A DNA stretch of 64,000 bases from Syntrophales bacterium (GTDB lineage: Bacteria > Desulfobacterota > Syntrophia > Syntrophales > UBA2251): the NCBI GenBank assembly GCA_035358035.1, contig DAOPOS010000001.1, positions 37,189-101,188 on the forward strand, given 5' to 3'. Made by a program: the position numbers and the translations under genes. This document shows positions 37,947-47,924 of this stretch, piece after piece. The first letter of the stretch is position 1. The number at the start of each line of letters is the position of its first letter. The notes beneath the pieces are model-generated. The model did no database searches. It had not been told where the DNA came from and was given only the letters and a program-made list of their open reading frames with translations.

Positions 37947-39002
37947 TCAATACGCCTTCCAGAACGGGTTCACCTGGTTCATGACCGCCCGGATGACGTC
38001 GTCCTGGCGGGTGTCGGCGGACTCTTCCAGCTCCCGGAGTTCGTCCTCCGTCGCGTGCGTGGCCTCGCTCAGCTCCTTGATGACCGCCGTGACGGACATC
38101 GTGAGGCCCTCGACGTTGTAGCCCCCTTCGAGGCTGAGAACGATGCGCCCGTTCGCGCAGGCGTCGGCCACGTCCATCAGGATCCGGGTCAGGTACGCGA
38201 AGCCGCGGGGCGTCACCTTCATCCCGCCGAGCGGGTCCCCGCTGTAGATGTCGAAGCCCGCCGAGACCAGGATCAGGTCGGGCCGGAACGTCATCGCGAC
38301 CGGGGCGATGAGGCGGCGGAAGACCTTCACGTAGTGGGCGGTCCCCGCCCCCGCCTTCAGGGGGATGTTGATCGTATACCCCAACCCCTTCCCCTGTCCG
38401 ATCTCCTCGAGGGCGCCCGTCCCGGGATAGCCGGGCGATTCGTGGGTGGAGCAGTACAGCACCCGGCGGTCGGCGTAGAAGGCGTTCTGGGTGCCGTTGC
38501 CGTGGTGCAGGTCCCAGTCCACGATCAGGACCCGCTTGAGCCCGTGCTTCTGCAGGGCGTACTTCGCCGCGATGGCCACGTTGTTGAAGATGCAGAAGCC
38601 CGCCGCCTCGTCCGCCTCGGCGTGGTGGCCGGGCGGCCGGATCAGGGCGAAGGCGTTCTCCACCTCCCCGGCCACGACGGCGTCGACGGCCCGGCAGAGA
38701 CCGCCCACGGCCAGGCGCGCCACGTCATAGGTTTCGGCGGTCGTGATCGTGTCCGGATCGAGGGAGCACAGCTCCTTCCCGGCCGTGTCGGCCACGAAGT
38801 CGATGTAGGACCGTTCATGGATCATCTCCAGTTCCGCGTATGTGGCGTGACGGGGCTCGATCTCGGTAAACTTCCCCATCATGTTGGGGGCCTCGAGAAT
38901 TTCATAGAGCGCCTGCAACCGCTTGTAGGATTCGGGGTGGGCGACATCCCGGCCATGATCCAGATATCGCCTGTCCTTGACCACCCCCGTCTTGCGAAAC
39001 AT
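37947..39002 (-). CDS. Histone deacetylase-family (acetoin utilisation/acetylpolyamine amidohydrolase-like) enzyme
   Basis: [18 protein letters not shown] and SAGFD motifs. Confidence 0.9.
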   Translation of the reverse strand: MFRKTGVVKDRRYLDHGRDVAHPESYKRLQALYEILEAPNMMGKFTEIEPRHATYAELEMIHERSYIDFVADTAGKELCSLDPDTITTAETYDVARLAVGGLCRAVDAVVAGEVENAFALIRPPGHHAEADEAAGFCIFNNVAIAAKYALQKHGLKRVLIVDWDLHHGNGTQNAFYADRRVLYCSTHESPGYPGTGALEEIGQGKGLGYTINIPLKAGAGTAHYVKVFRRLIAPVAMTFRPDLILVSAGFDIYSGDPLGGMKVTPRGFAYLTRILMDVADACANGRIVLSLEGGYNVEGLTMSVTAVIKELSEATHATEDELRELEESADTRQDDVIRAVMNQVNPFWKAY

Positions 39003-39109
39003 CGCCGTCTCCCGACCCGACAAATAGGTTTTTTAAAAGGGGTTTTTCCTATCACACCCCCCGTGAAAATGCAACGGGTTTCGGGCCCCGACCCGGGGCG
39101 GGAAATCGT

Positions 39110-39139
39110 TTGACAACCTCTTGGCATAAAAGCTATATT
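39110..39139 (+). promoter_or_regulatory. Sigma-70-like promoter (TTGACA-N18-TATATT) upstream of tatA
   Basis: Hexamers read directly. The -10 element ends about 34 nt before the tatA ATG. Confidence 0.5.
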
Positions 39140-39172
39140 CTCGTGCATCTTGAACGGAAAAGAGAAGACCCC

Positions 39173-39475
39173 ATGTTCGGCATCGGCACTCCCGAGCTCA
39201 TTGTGATCCTGATTGTGGCCCTGCTGGTGATCGGGCCCAAGCGCCTCCCCGACCTGGCCAAATCCATCGGGAAGGGCCTGCAGGAATTCAGGCGGGCCAC
39301 CGACGGCGTCACCGATACCCTCAAGGACACCCTGCGGGAGGACGAGGAGAAGCCGGAGGAGAAGGACGCCGGCCTGAAGGATTCCCTCCTGTACGGAAAA
39401 TCCGACCCCGAACCCGCCGATGAAAAAGCCGGAACCGTTCCGCCGGACGACGCCACGGCCGACCCCAAGACCTGA
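39173..39475 (+). CDS. tatA: Twin-arginine translocase TatA/TatE-family subunit
   Basis: [28 protein letters not shown] is the canonical sequence. Confidence 0.9.
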   Translation: MFGIGTPELIVILIVALLVIGPKRLPDLAKSIGKGLQEFRRATDGVTDTLKDTLREDEEKPEEKDAGLKDSLLYGKSDPEPADEKAGTVPPDDATADPKT

Positions 39476-39531
39476 CCCGCCGGTCATCCCCAATTCATCG
39501 CCCGAAGGAGCGCCGCCCGTCGATTTCATCC

Positions 39532-40305
39532 ATGGAAAAACCCGCCGAAGACAAGATGCCCCTGACCTCCCATCTGGACGAACTCCGCATCCGGCTCATC
39601 CGGATTCTGATCGCCGTGGGCGTGGGGTTCGGCCTCAGCTACGTCTTCAAGGACTGGCTGTTTAAGGTCATCACTCGCCCGCTCGTCGCCGTCCTGCCGA
39701 AAAGCAGCTACATGGTGTTCACCGGCCTGCCCGAGGCCTTCTTCATCTACATGAAGATCGCCTTTTTCGCCTCCCTCGTCCTCACCAGCCCCTACACGCT
39801 CTATCAGGTGTGGAAGTTCGTCGCCCCCGGTCTCTATCGTGATGAGCGGCGCTACGGCTTGGCCTTCATTCTCTCCTCGACGGTCCTCTTCACGGGGGGC
39901 GTCCTCTTCGGGTACTTCGTCGCCCTGCCTCCGGCCTTCGCCTTCTTCGTCAGCTTCACGACGGAGACGCTCAGACCGATGATCTCGTTCCGGGAATACC
40001 TCTCCCTGGCCCTGAAGTTCCTGCTCGCGTTCGGGCTCGCCTTCGAACTGCCGGTCTTCATCTACTTCCTCACCAAGGTCGGCGTGGTGAATGTCCGGAT
40101 GCTCCGCAAACAGCGTCGCTATGCGATCCTGATGATCTTCATCGCCGCTGCCGTCCTGACGCCGTCGCCGGACGCCGTCAGCCAGATCATCATGGCCCTG
40201 CCGCTCATGGTCCTCTACGAGTTGGGCATCCTGGTCGCGAAGGTCGCCGAGCGGAAAAAGGCCGCGAAGTCCGAAAGCGAAAACGGGGAGGAATCGCCGT
40301 CATGA
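39532..40305 (+). CDS. tatC: Twin-arginine translocase subunit TatC
   Basis: PLTSHLDELRIRLI.. with six TM segments, as in the TatC family. Confidence 0.95.
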   Translation: MEKPAEDKMPLTSHLDELRIRLIRILIAVGVGFGLSYVFKDWLFKVITRPLVAVLPKSSYMVFTGLPEAFFIYMKIAFFASLVLTSPYTLYQVWKFVAPGLYRDERRYGLAFILSSTVLFTGGVLFGYFVALPPAFAFFVSFTTETLRPMISFREYLSLALKFLLAFGLAFELPVFIYFLTKVGVVNVRMLRKQRRYAILMIFIAAAVLTPSPDAVSQIIMALPLMVLYELGILVAKVAERKKAAKSESENGEESPS

Positions 40306-42332
40306 CCGGCGGACGCGCCGCGAAGACCCAGCGGGGACCCGCCGCCGCCGGCCAGCGGGGATACGCCTCCCTCCTGATCATCCTGGGGGCGCTCGGAGTC
40401 GTCCTTCTGGGGACCAGCCTCGTCTTCTACCTCCTGCTCATGGAACTCCCCAGCATCGCCGCGCTGAAGGATTTCCGGCCGAGCATCGCCACCCGGGTCT
40501 ATGACGACAACAACGAACTCATCGACGAGTTCTTCCTCGAGGACCGGAAGGTCATCAAGCTTTCCGAGTGTCCCCGGTACGTCATCCAGGCCTTCGTCGC
40601 CGCGGAGGATACGCGTTTCTTCGAGCACCGGGGCCTGGATTACCAGAGCATCACCCGGGCCTTCTTCAAGAACCTGGCCGCCGGCCACATCGTCCAGGGT
40701 GGGAGCACGATCACCCAGCAGGTGGCCAAATCCCTCTACCTTTCCCCGGAGCGCAGCTACCGGCGCAAGATCAAGGAGGCGCTCCTGGCCTACAAGATCG
40801 ACCGCTACCTGACCAAGGAAGAGATCCTCAACCTCTATCTGAACTACATCTATCTGGGTCACGGCACCTACGGGATCGAAGCCGCCTCCCAGGGGTATTT
40901 CGGCAAAAGCGCCCGCGAACTCACCCTGTCCGAAGTCGCCCTCCTGGCCGGTCTCCCGAAGGCCCCGAACAACTTTTCGCCGTTCCTCCACCCCGACCGG
41001 GCCCTGCAGCGGCAGGCCTACGTCCTGCAGCGCATGCTGGAGGACGGCTACATCACGGCCGCGGAAAAGGAGCGGGCCCTGGCCACGCCGCTCCGCCTCC
41101 GATCCGTGCGGCCCAAGGACAAGGTGGCCGCCTACTTCATCGAGCATGTCCGCCGCTACATCATGGAGAAGTACGGCTCGGACGTCCTGTACAAGGAGGG
41201 CCTCGAGGTCTATACGACGCTCAACCTGCCCATGCAAAAGGCCGCCCGGGATGCCGTGGAACGGGGCCTTCAGGAGCTGGAGGGGCGCCAGGGCTATGCG
41301 AAGGGACTGGTCCAGGGGGCCCTGTTGTGCATGGACGCGCGGACCGGCGCCATCCGGGCCATGGTCGGCGGGCGCGATTTCTCCCGCAGCGAATTCAACC
41401 GGGCGACCCAGTCACGGCGCCAGCCCGGATCGGCATTCAAACCCTTCATCTACACGGCGGCCTTCGACAAGGGGATGACGCCCTCCACGATCATGGTGGA
41501 TTCCCCGATCTCCTTCGCGGCGCCTTCCGAACCCAACGGCGTGTGGCAGCCGAAAAACTTCGACGGAAAGTTCTGGGGACCGATGACCCTCCGCCACGCC
41601 CTCGTCCATTCCCGGAACATCGTCACGATCAAGATCCTGAAGGAGATCGGCGTGGACTACGCCGCGGGGTACGCCGCCAACATGGGCATCGTCTCGCCCC
41701 TCGCGCGCAACCTGACCCTCGCCCTTGGCAGCTCCGGGGTGACGCTCCTGGAAATGGTCCGGGCCTACGGCGTGCTGGCCAATCAGGGGCAGCGGGCCAC
41801 GCCCCTGTTCATCAAGAAGATCGTGGACCGCACCGGCCAGGTTTTCGAGGAGAACCAGCCCGTACTCGAACAGGTCATCGACCCCCGGATTGCCTTCATG
41901 TCCGCCTATGTCATGCAGGACGTCGTGGAGCAGGGGACGGGCACGCGGGTGCGGAGCATCGGTCGCCCCGTCGCCGCCAAGACCGGCACGACGAACGATA
42001 TGCGCGACGCCTGGTTCCTGGGGTTCACGCCTTCCTTCGTCACGGGAGTCTGGGTGGGGTTCGATCAGGAGCGCTCCCTGGGAAGGCAGGAGGTGGGCGG
42101 CCGGGCGGCGGCGCCCATCTGGCTTTACTTCATGGAAAAGGCCGTGCAGGGAACGCCGGTGGAGATCTTCCCCGTCCCCGAAGGCATTTCGTTCGTCAAG
42201 GTGGATCCGAAGACCGGGGCCTCCCTCCCGGCCGGGGCCCAAGGAGGTCTGTACGAGAGCTTCCTGGAGGGAACGACGCCCGAGGGCGTACCGACCTACG
42301 GTCCGGCCGACGAGCAGGAAGGTTTCTTTTAA
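40302..42332 (+). CDS. Class A penicillin-binding protein (PBP1A family, glycosyltransferase plus transpeptidase)
   Basis: GT51 motifs EDTRFFEHRGLD and GGSTITQQ. Transpeptidase motifs SAFKPF, SRN and KTGTTN. ATGA overlap with tatC. Confidence 0.95.
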   Translation: MTGGRAAKTQRGPAAAGQRGYASLLIILGALGVVLLGTSLVFYLLLMELPSIAALKDFRPSIATRVYDDNNELIDEFFLEDRKVIKLSECPRYVIQAFVAAEDTRFFEHRGLDYQSITRAFFKNLAAGHIVQGGSTITQQVAKSLYLSPERSYRRKIKEALLAYKIDRYLTKEEILNLYLNYIYLGHGTYGIEAASQGYFGKSARELTLSEVALLAGLPKAPNNFSPFLHPDRALQRQAYVLQRMLEDGYITAAEKERALATPLRLRSVRPKDKVAAYFIEHVRRYIMEKYGSDVLYKEGLEVYTTLNLPMQKAARDAVERGLQELEGRQGYAKGLVQGALLCMDARTGAIRAMVGGRDFSRSEFNRATQSRRQPGSAFKPFIYTAAFDKGMTPSTIMVDSPISFAAPSEPNGVWQPKNFDGKFWGPMTLRHALVHSRNIVTIKILKEIGVDYAAGYAANMGIVSPLARNLTLALGSSGVTLLEMVRAYGVLANQGQRATPLFIKKIVDRTGQVFEENQPVLEQVIDPRIAFMSAYVMQDVVEQGTGTRVRSIGRPVAAKTGTTNDMRDAWFLGFTPSFVTGVWVGFDQERSLGRQEVGGRAAAPIWLYFMEKAVQGTPVEIFPVPEGISFVKVDPKTGASLPAGAQGGLYESFLEGTTPEGVPTYGPADEQEGFF

Positions 42333-42339
42333 AAAACGC

Positions 42340-42366
42340 TTGACAATTTTTCGGTCCGGGTATAAT
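42340..42366 (+). promoter_or_regulatory. Sigma-70-like promoter TTGACA-N15-TATAAT in front of the ilv leader
   Basis: Both hexamers are consensus. The spacer counted by hand is only 15 nt. An A-rich tract lies upstream. Confidence 0.55.
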
Positions 42367-42401
42367 TCGCCTCCATCATTCGAGAGGTCAAGGCAGAACT
42401 G

Positions 42402-42494
42402 ATGTCCGTCAACATGAAACCCCTCCAGGTCGTATCGAGCCGCGTCGCTGTAGTCGTCGTAGAGACGGGGACCGTCGCTCGTTCGTGCGTCTGA
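42402..42494 (+). CDS. Val-rich leader peptide MSVNMKPLQVVSSRVAVVVVETGTVARSCV (ilv attenuator)
   Basis: 10 Val in 30 codons, including a VAVVVV run. It lies between a promoter and two intrinsic terminators, directly upstream of ilvB. It resembles E. coli IvbL in design. Confidence 0.6.
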   Translation: MSVNMKPLQVVSSRVAVVVVETGTVARSCV

Positions 42495-42513
42495 AGATGC
42501 CGTAACCGATCCG

Positions 42514-42546
42514 AGCCGCGGGCCCTTCAACCCGCGGCTTTTTTTA
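42514..42546 (+). terminator. Intrinsic terminator 1 of the ilv leader
   Basis: Stem AGCCGCGGG (42514-22) / CCCGCGGCT (42531-39), 8-nt loop, T7 tail. Confidence 0.75.
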
Positions 42547-42552
42547 TGTCCG

Positions 42553-42590
42553 AAAAGCCGCAATCGCCAGCGAATGCGGCTTTTTTATTT
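42553..42590 (+). terminator. Intrinsic terminator 2 (tandem) of the ilv leader
   Basis: Stem GCCGCA (42557-62) / TGCGGC (42575-80) with inner pairing, flanked by A4 upstream and T6 downstream. Confidence 0.65.
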
Positions 42591-42655
42591 TCGATCCCCC
42601 GTTGCCGGACGCGCTCCGCCGACGAGCCCTACACACGGAAAGGAGTTTCAACCCG

Positions 42656-44329
42656 ATGAGTCCCCGGATTGGTGCAGACATCCTGCTCGACATCCTCCGC
42701 CAGGAAAAGGTGGAGGCGATTTTCGGCTATCCCGGCGCCAACACGCTGCCCGTTCACGACCGCATCCAGGCGACGGCGATCCGCCACTACCTGATGCGCC
42801 ACGAGCAGGCCGCCGCCCACGCCGCCGACGGCTACGCCCGGGCCTCCGGCAAGGTGGGCGTCTGCCTCGCCACGTCCGGACCGGGGGCGACCAACCTCGT
42901 CACCGGCATCGCCACGGCCTTCATGGATTCGATCCCCCTGGTCGCCCTGACGGCCCAGGTGAACACGAACCTGCTGGGCCGGGACGCCTTCCAGGAGACC
43001 GACATCATCGGCATCACGCTCCCGATCACCAAGCACAGCTTCCAGGTGCGGGACGTGCAGCGCATGGCCGACACCCTGCGGGAGGCGTTCGACCTCGCCC
43101 GCGGCGGCCGCCCCGGCCCGGTCCTGGTCGACCTGCCCCGGGACATCCTCGCCGCACCCGCCGGGGGCGACGCGGCGCCCTGCCGTCCGGAAACCCGTCC
43201 TGCCCCGCCGGCGCCGGACGCGTCGTCCCTGGAAACGGTCGCCCGGCTGCTCAACCGCAGCGAACGGCCCGTGATCCTGATCGGCGGCGGCGCCAAGCTG
43301 AGCGGCGCCTGTGAGGAGCTGGAGGCGCTCGTGGCCAAGGCCCGCATCCCCTTCGCCACGACCATGATGGGACTGGGGGCCGTTGCTTCGGGCAACGGAT
43401 ACAACCTCGGATTCATCGGCACGCACGGTCACGAACTGGCCAACCGGATCATTCATCAGGCGGATTTCATCCTCGCCGTCGGCGCCCGGTTCTCCGACCG
43501 GAGCACCTCGAAAACCGAGGAGTTCGCGCCGCTCGCGACCATCGCCCAGATCGACATCGACCCCACCTCGATCGGGAAGAACCTGAAGGCCGACTGCTCC
43601 ATCCTCGGGGACATCCGGGACGTCCTCCGCGGCCTCCTGCCGCGGGTCGAACGCGGGGAGGCCTCGGGCTGGATGGAGCGGATCGAGGCGGAACGGGCGG
43701 CCCTCCGGCAGGGCCGGAAGGACCCGGGCGACGGCCCCGCCGGGGCGTTCATCCGCCAGGTGCAGTCCGCCCTGCCCCCGCAGGCCATTGCCGTCGCCGA
43801 CGTCGGCCTGAACCAGATCTGGACGCTCCGCAACTGGCAGCCCCGGACGCCCCGCAGCATCCTGACGAGCGGCGGCATGGGGACCATGGGGTTCAGCCTC
43901 CCCGCGGCCGTCGGGGCGCAGATCGCCCGTCCGGACCACGCCGTCGTCGCCATCACCGGCGACGGGGGATGCTACATGAACATCCAGGAACTGGCGACAA
44001 TCGGCTATTACCGGCTCCCCGTCAAGATCGTCGTCATCAACAACGGCCATCTGGGCATGATCCGCCAGCTCCAGGACCTGCTCTTCGACGGGCGGCTGAA
44101 CACCATCGCCCTGGGCGGCCATGTCGATTTGACGGCCGTGGCCCGGGGCTTCGGCATCCCGTCCGCCCGGACGGACCTGGAGGGCGACACGGCGGAGGGC
44201 CTCGACCGGCTCCGCCGGTCCGAAGGCCCCTTTCTCCTGGAGGCGGTCATCGACCCGGAACGCTACGTCTACCCACTGATCCCTCCGGGCCGCTCCAACA
44301 TGGAGATGATTTACGACAGAACGGCCTGA
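42656..44329 (+). CDS. ilvB: Acetolactate synthase large subunit
   Basis: ThDP enzyme with IFGYPGANTLPVHD and GGMGTMGFSLPAAVGA motifs. GAAAGGAG RBS upstream. Confidence 0.95.
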   Translation: MSPRIGADILLDILRQEKVEAIFGYPGANTLPVHDRIQATAIRHYLMRHEQAAAHAADGYARASGKVGVCLATSGPGATNLVTGIATAFMDSIPLVALTAQVNTNLLGRDAFQETDIIGITLPITKHSFQVRDVQRMADTLREAFDLARGGRPGPVLVDLPRDILAAPAGGDAAPCRPETRPAPPAPDASSLETVARLLNRSERPVILIGGGAKLSGACEELEALVAKARIPFATTMMGLGAVASGNGYNLGFIGTHGHELANRIIHQADFILAVGARFSDRSTSKTEEFAPLATIAQIDIDPTSIGKNLKADCSILGDIRDVLRGLLPRVERGEASGWMERIEAERAALRQGRKDPGDGPAGAFIRQVQSALPPQAIAVADVGLNQIWTLRNWQPRTPRSILTSGGMGTMGFSLPAAVGAQIARPDHAVVAITGDGGCYMNIQELATIGYYRLPVKIVVINNGHLGMIRQLQDLLFDGRLNTIALGGHVDLTAVARGFGIPSARTDLEGDTAEGLDRLRRSEGPFLLEAVIDPERYVYPLIPPGRSNMEMIYDRTA

Positions 44330-44415
44330 AACCGCGCCAGGGAAAGGCGGCGCGACGATGGCCACAGACGGAGGCCGGACACGCGGCCGGAACACAACGG
44401 AAGGAGACCCCGAAC

Positions 44416-44919
44416 ATGGAGACCCCCCCTGAAATTCACGAGGAACAGATCCTCTCGATCCTGGTGCGGAACCGGCCCGGCGTCCTGTCGCGGGTGGCCG
44501 GGATCCTGGGGCGCCTGGGCTACAACATCGCCAGTCTCTGCGTGGCGGAGACGGCTGACCCCGCCGTCTCCCGGATCACCCTGACCAGCCGGGCCGACCG
44601 GGATTTTACGGACAAGATCCGGAAGCATCTGGACAAGCTCGTCGATTGCATCGAGGTCGCCGACTACACCGGGACGTCCTTTCTGCGCCGGGAGCTGATG
44701 CTCCTCCACGTGACGTTCCGCGAGGAGGAGCGCGCGGAGATCCTGCGGGCGATCGAGCTGTGCCAGGGGCGGATCCTGCTCCTGACGGAGGGAATCTGCC
44801 TGATCGAGGCGGCCGGCGATCCGGAGCACCTGGGCGGCATCCTGGCGTGCTTCCGCCCGTTCGGAATCCGGGCGGTAAACCGGACCGGGACGATCGCCCT
44901 GCCCCGGCGGCCGTCCTGA
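44416..44919 (+). CDS. ilvN: Acetolactate synthase small (regulatory, ACT-domain) subunit
   Basis: ILSILVRNRPGVLSRVAGILGRLGYNIASL is the typical IlvN/IlvH ACT domain. Confidence 0.9.
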   Translation: METPPEIHEEQILSILVRNRPGVLSRVAGILGRLGYNIASLCVAETADPAVSRITLTSRADRDFTDKIRKHLDKLVDCIEVADYTGTSFLRRELMLLHVTFREEERAEILRAIELCQGRILLLTEGICLIEAAGDPEHLGGILACFRPFGIRAVNRTGTIALPRRPS

Positions 44920-45113
44920 CGCCGGACTCCTGCCGTCCGCCCGGGCCGGGTGCGGGCGGGGGGTGCCGGTTCGGAAGACGACCCGGCCGTTCCGGACCGG
45001 TCGCAGGGTGGGGTCGCGGGACGGGACTCCCGGCGGGGTTCGTCATGCCCCGCAGGACGGGAACGGGGGAATCGCGGATCAAGAAAACAACAACGGACAA
45101 CGAGGAGGACGAT

Positions 45114-46178
45114 ATGGCAAGGATCAATTTCGGCGGCACCTGGGAAGAGGTGACCACTGCGGAGGAATTCACTCTGGAGAAGGCCCGGCGGGCCCTCGCG
45201 GACGAGACGGTGGCCGTCATCGGCTACGGGGTGCAGGGGCCCGGACAGGCCCTGAACCTGCGGGACAACGGCATCCGCGTCATCGTCGGCCAGCGGGAGG
45301 GGACCGGGTCCTGGGTCAAGGCCGTGGCCGACGGCTTCGACCCCGGCGAGACCCTGTTTCCCATCGCGGAGGCCGCCCGGCGGGGCACCGTCATCCAGTA
45401 TCTCCTGTCCGACGCGGGTCAGAAGGCCCTGTGGCCGACCCTCACCCCCCACCTGACACCGGGCAAGGCCCTGTATTTTTCCCACGGCTTCTCCATCGCT
45501 TACCGGGACCGGACGGGGGTCGTTCCGCCGGCGGACATCGACGTGATCCTCGTCGCCCCCAAAGGCTCCGGGCGGACCGTCCGGACCAACTTCCTCGAAG
45601 GCAGCGGCATCAACGCGAGCTACGCGGTCTTCCAGGACGCCACCGGCCGGGCCGTGGAGCGGACCCTGGCCCTGGGGATCGCCATCGGGTCCGGCTACCT
45701 CTTCCGGACCACCTTCGAGCGGGAGGTGTACAGCGACCTCGTCGGGGAGCGGGGCGTCCTGATGGGCTGCCTTGCGGGGGTCATGGAGGCCCAGTACGAC
45801 CTCCTGCGCCGCCACGGCCACTCCCCCAGCGAGGCGTTCAACGAAACGGTGGAGGAGCTCACCCAGAGCCTGATCCGCCTCGTGGCGGAAAACGGCATGG
45901 ACTGGATGTACGGCAACTGCAGCACGACGGCCCAGCGCGGCGCCCTGGACTGGAAGGGGCGGTTCCGGGAGGCGGTGGCGCCCGTGTTCGACGCGCTGTA
46001 CGCGCGCGTCGTCTCGGGGGAGGAAACGGCCGTCGTCCTCGACGCCAACAGCGCGCCCGATTATCGCGAGCGTCTGGAGAAGGAACTCGCCGCGATCCGG
46101 GATTCCGAGATGTGGCGGGCCGGCGCCGCCGTCCGCGCGCTGCGGCCGGAGAAACGCCTCCGGCCGGCCGCATCATGA
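45114..46178 (+). CDS. ilvC: Ketol-acid reductoisomerase
   Basis: VAVIGYGVQGPGQALNLRDNG, SHGF and the class I KARI C-terminal domain. GAGGAGG RBS upstream. Confidence 0.95.
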   Translation: MARINFGGTWEEVTTAEEFTLEKARRALADETVAVIGYGVQGPGQALNLRDNGIRVIVGQREGTGSWVKAVADGFDPGETLFPIAEAARRGTVIQYLLSDAGQKALWPTLTPHLTPGKALYFSHGFSIAYRDRTGVVPPADIDVILVAPKGSGRTVRTNFLEGSGINASYAVFQDATGRAVERTLALGIAIGSGYLFRTTFEREVYSDLVGERGVLMGCLAGVMEAQYDLLRRHGHSPSEAFNETVEELTQSLIRLVAENGMDWMYGNCSTTAQRGALDWKGRFREAVAPVFDALYARVVSGEETAVVLDANSAPDYRERLEKELAAIRDSEMWRAGAAVRALRPEKRLRPAAS

Positions 46179-46265
46179 GATCGGGGAAAGGTTCCCGGAC
46201 AAACCGCGCGGGACAATTTGAATGAAAAAAACGGGGGACCCCCGCCAACGAAAGGACGAGACGCG

Positions 46266-47924
46266 ATGCGATCCGATCTGATGAAAAAAGGCCCGGAGCG
46301 CGCCCCCCATCGGGCGCTCCTGAAGGCGATGGGCTACACCGACGCGGAAATCCGCCGGCCGCTCATCGGCGTGGTGAACGCCGCGAGCGATGTGGTCCCC
46401 GGCCACGTCCATCTGGACGTCCTCGCCGCCGACGTCAAGGCGGGCATCCGTTCCGCCGGGGGAACGCCCATGGCCTTTCCCGTCATCGGCGTCTGCGACG
46501 GTATCGCCATGGGGCATACGGGGATGAAATACTCCCTCGCCAGCCGGGAACTCATCGCCGACGCCATCGAGGTCATGGCGATGGCGCACCCCTTCGACGG
46601 CCTCGTTTTCCTCCCCAACTGCGACAAGACCGTCCCGGGGATGCTCATGGCCGCGCTGCGCCTGGACCTGCCCTGCCTGTTCGTCAGCGGCGGACCGATG
46701 CTGGCCGGCCATGCCGGCGGACGGACGGCGGACCTGATCAGCGTCTTCGAGGGGGTCGGCGCCCTCCGGAGCGGCCGGATCCGGGCAGGCGACCTGAAGG
46801 CCCTGGAAGACGCCGCCTGCCCGGGGTGCGGCTCCTGCGCCGGGATGTTCACCGCCAACTCCATGAACTGCCTGACCGAGGCCATCGGACTCGCCCTGCC
46901 GGGAAACGGCACGATTCCCGCCGTCCACGCCGCCCGGCGCCGCCTGGCCAAGACGGCGGGGGCCGGGGTGATGGCGCTCGTGAAGCGGGGCCTCCGCCCT
47001 CGCCGGATCGCCGGGATGGAGGCCTTCCGCAACGCCATGACGATCGACATGGCCCTCGGCTGCTCCACCAATACGGTCCTCCACCTGCCGGCGATCGCGC
47101 ACGAGGCGGGGCTGACGCTCGATCTCGACCGCTTCAATGCCGTCAGCGGGCAGACGCCGAACCTCTGCCGCCTGAGTCCGGCCGGCCCCCACCACCTGGA
47201 GGACCTGGACCGGGCCGGCGGGGTGTCCGGCGTCATGAAGACCCTGGCGCCCGCGGGGCTCCTGGATTTAAAGGCGCTGACGGTGACGGGAAGGACCCTG
47301 GGCGAGACGCTTCGCCGGGCCCGGGTGACGGACCGTCAGGTCATCCGCCCCCTGGAGAGGCCGTTCTCCACGACGGGGGGAATCGCCATCCTGAAGGGGA
47401 ACCTGGCCCCGGAGGGGGCCGTGGTCAAGGCCTCCGGCGTCGCGGCCGAAATGCTCGTCAACGAGGGCCGCGCCCGCGTGTTCGACGGCGAGGAGGCGGC
47501 CATGGCCGCCATCCTGGGCGGGGCGATCCGGCCGGGCGACATCGTCGTCATCCGCTACGAGGGGCCGCGCGGCGGCCCGGGGATGCGCGAGATGCTCGGA
47601 CCGACCGCGGCCATCGCCGGCATGGGGCTGGACAAGACCGTCGCGCTGCTCACGGACGGACGCTTCAGCGGCGGCACCCGCGGGGCGGCCATCGGCCACA
47701 TCGCCCCCGAGGCGGCGGCGGGCGGCCCCATCGCCCTGATCGAGGCGGGCGACCGCATCCGCATCGACATCCCCGGGCACACCCTGAGCCTCCAGGTCCC
47801 CGCGGAAACGCTGGCCCGGCGGCAGAAGGGGCTCCGTTCCCGGCCGCCGGCCGCCCTGACGGGTTATCTGGCCCGCTATGCGCGGCAGGTGGCCTCAGCC
47901 GGACAGGGCGCGATCGTTCTCTAA
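46266..47924 (+). CDS. ilvD: Dihydroxy-acid dehydratase
   Basis: [23 protein letters not shown].., [11 protein letters not shown] and TDGRFSGGT motifs. Confidence 0.95.
   Translation: MRSDLMKKGPERAPHRALLKAMGYTDAEIRRPLIGVVNAASDVVPGHVHLDVLAADVKAGIRSAGGTPMAFPVIGVCDGIAMGHTGMKYSLASRELIADAIEVMAMAHPFDGLVFLPNCDKTVPGMLMAALRLDLPCLFVSGGPMLAGHAGGRTADLISVFEGVGALRSGRIRAGDLKALEDAACPGCGSCAGMFTANSMNCLTEAIGLALPGNGTIPAVHAARRRLAKTAGAGVMALVKRGLRPRRIAGMEAFRNAMTIDMALGCSTNTVLHLPAIAHEAGLTLDLDRFNAVSGQTPNLCRLSPAGPHHLEDLDRAGGVSGVMKTLAPAGLLDLKALTVTGRTLGETLRRARVTDRQVIRPLERPFSTTGGIAILKGNLAPEGAVVKASGVAAEMLVNEGRARVFDGEEAAMAAILGGAIRPGDIVVIRYEGPRGGPGMREMLGPTAAIAGMGLDKTVALLTDGRFSGGTRGAAIGHIAPEAAAGGPIALIEAGDRIRIDIPGHTLSLQVPAETLARRQKGLRSRPPAALTGYLARYARQVASAGQGAIVL

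Noticed and set aside
39110-39172. N-terminal extension of TatA (track start at 39110)
   Set aside because: The extension overlaps the predicted promoter hexamers, and the canonical TatA N-terminus begins at MFGIG (39173).
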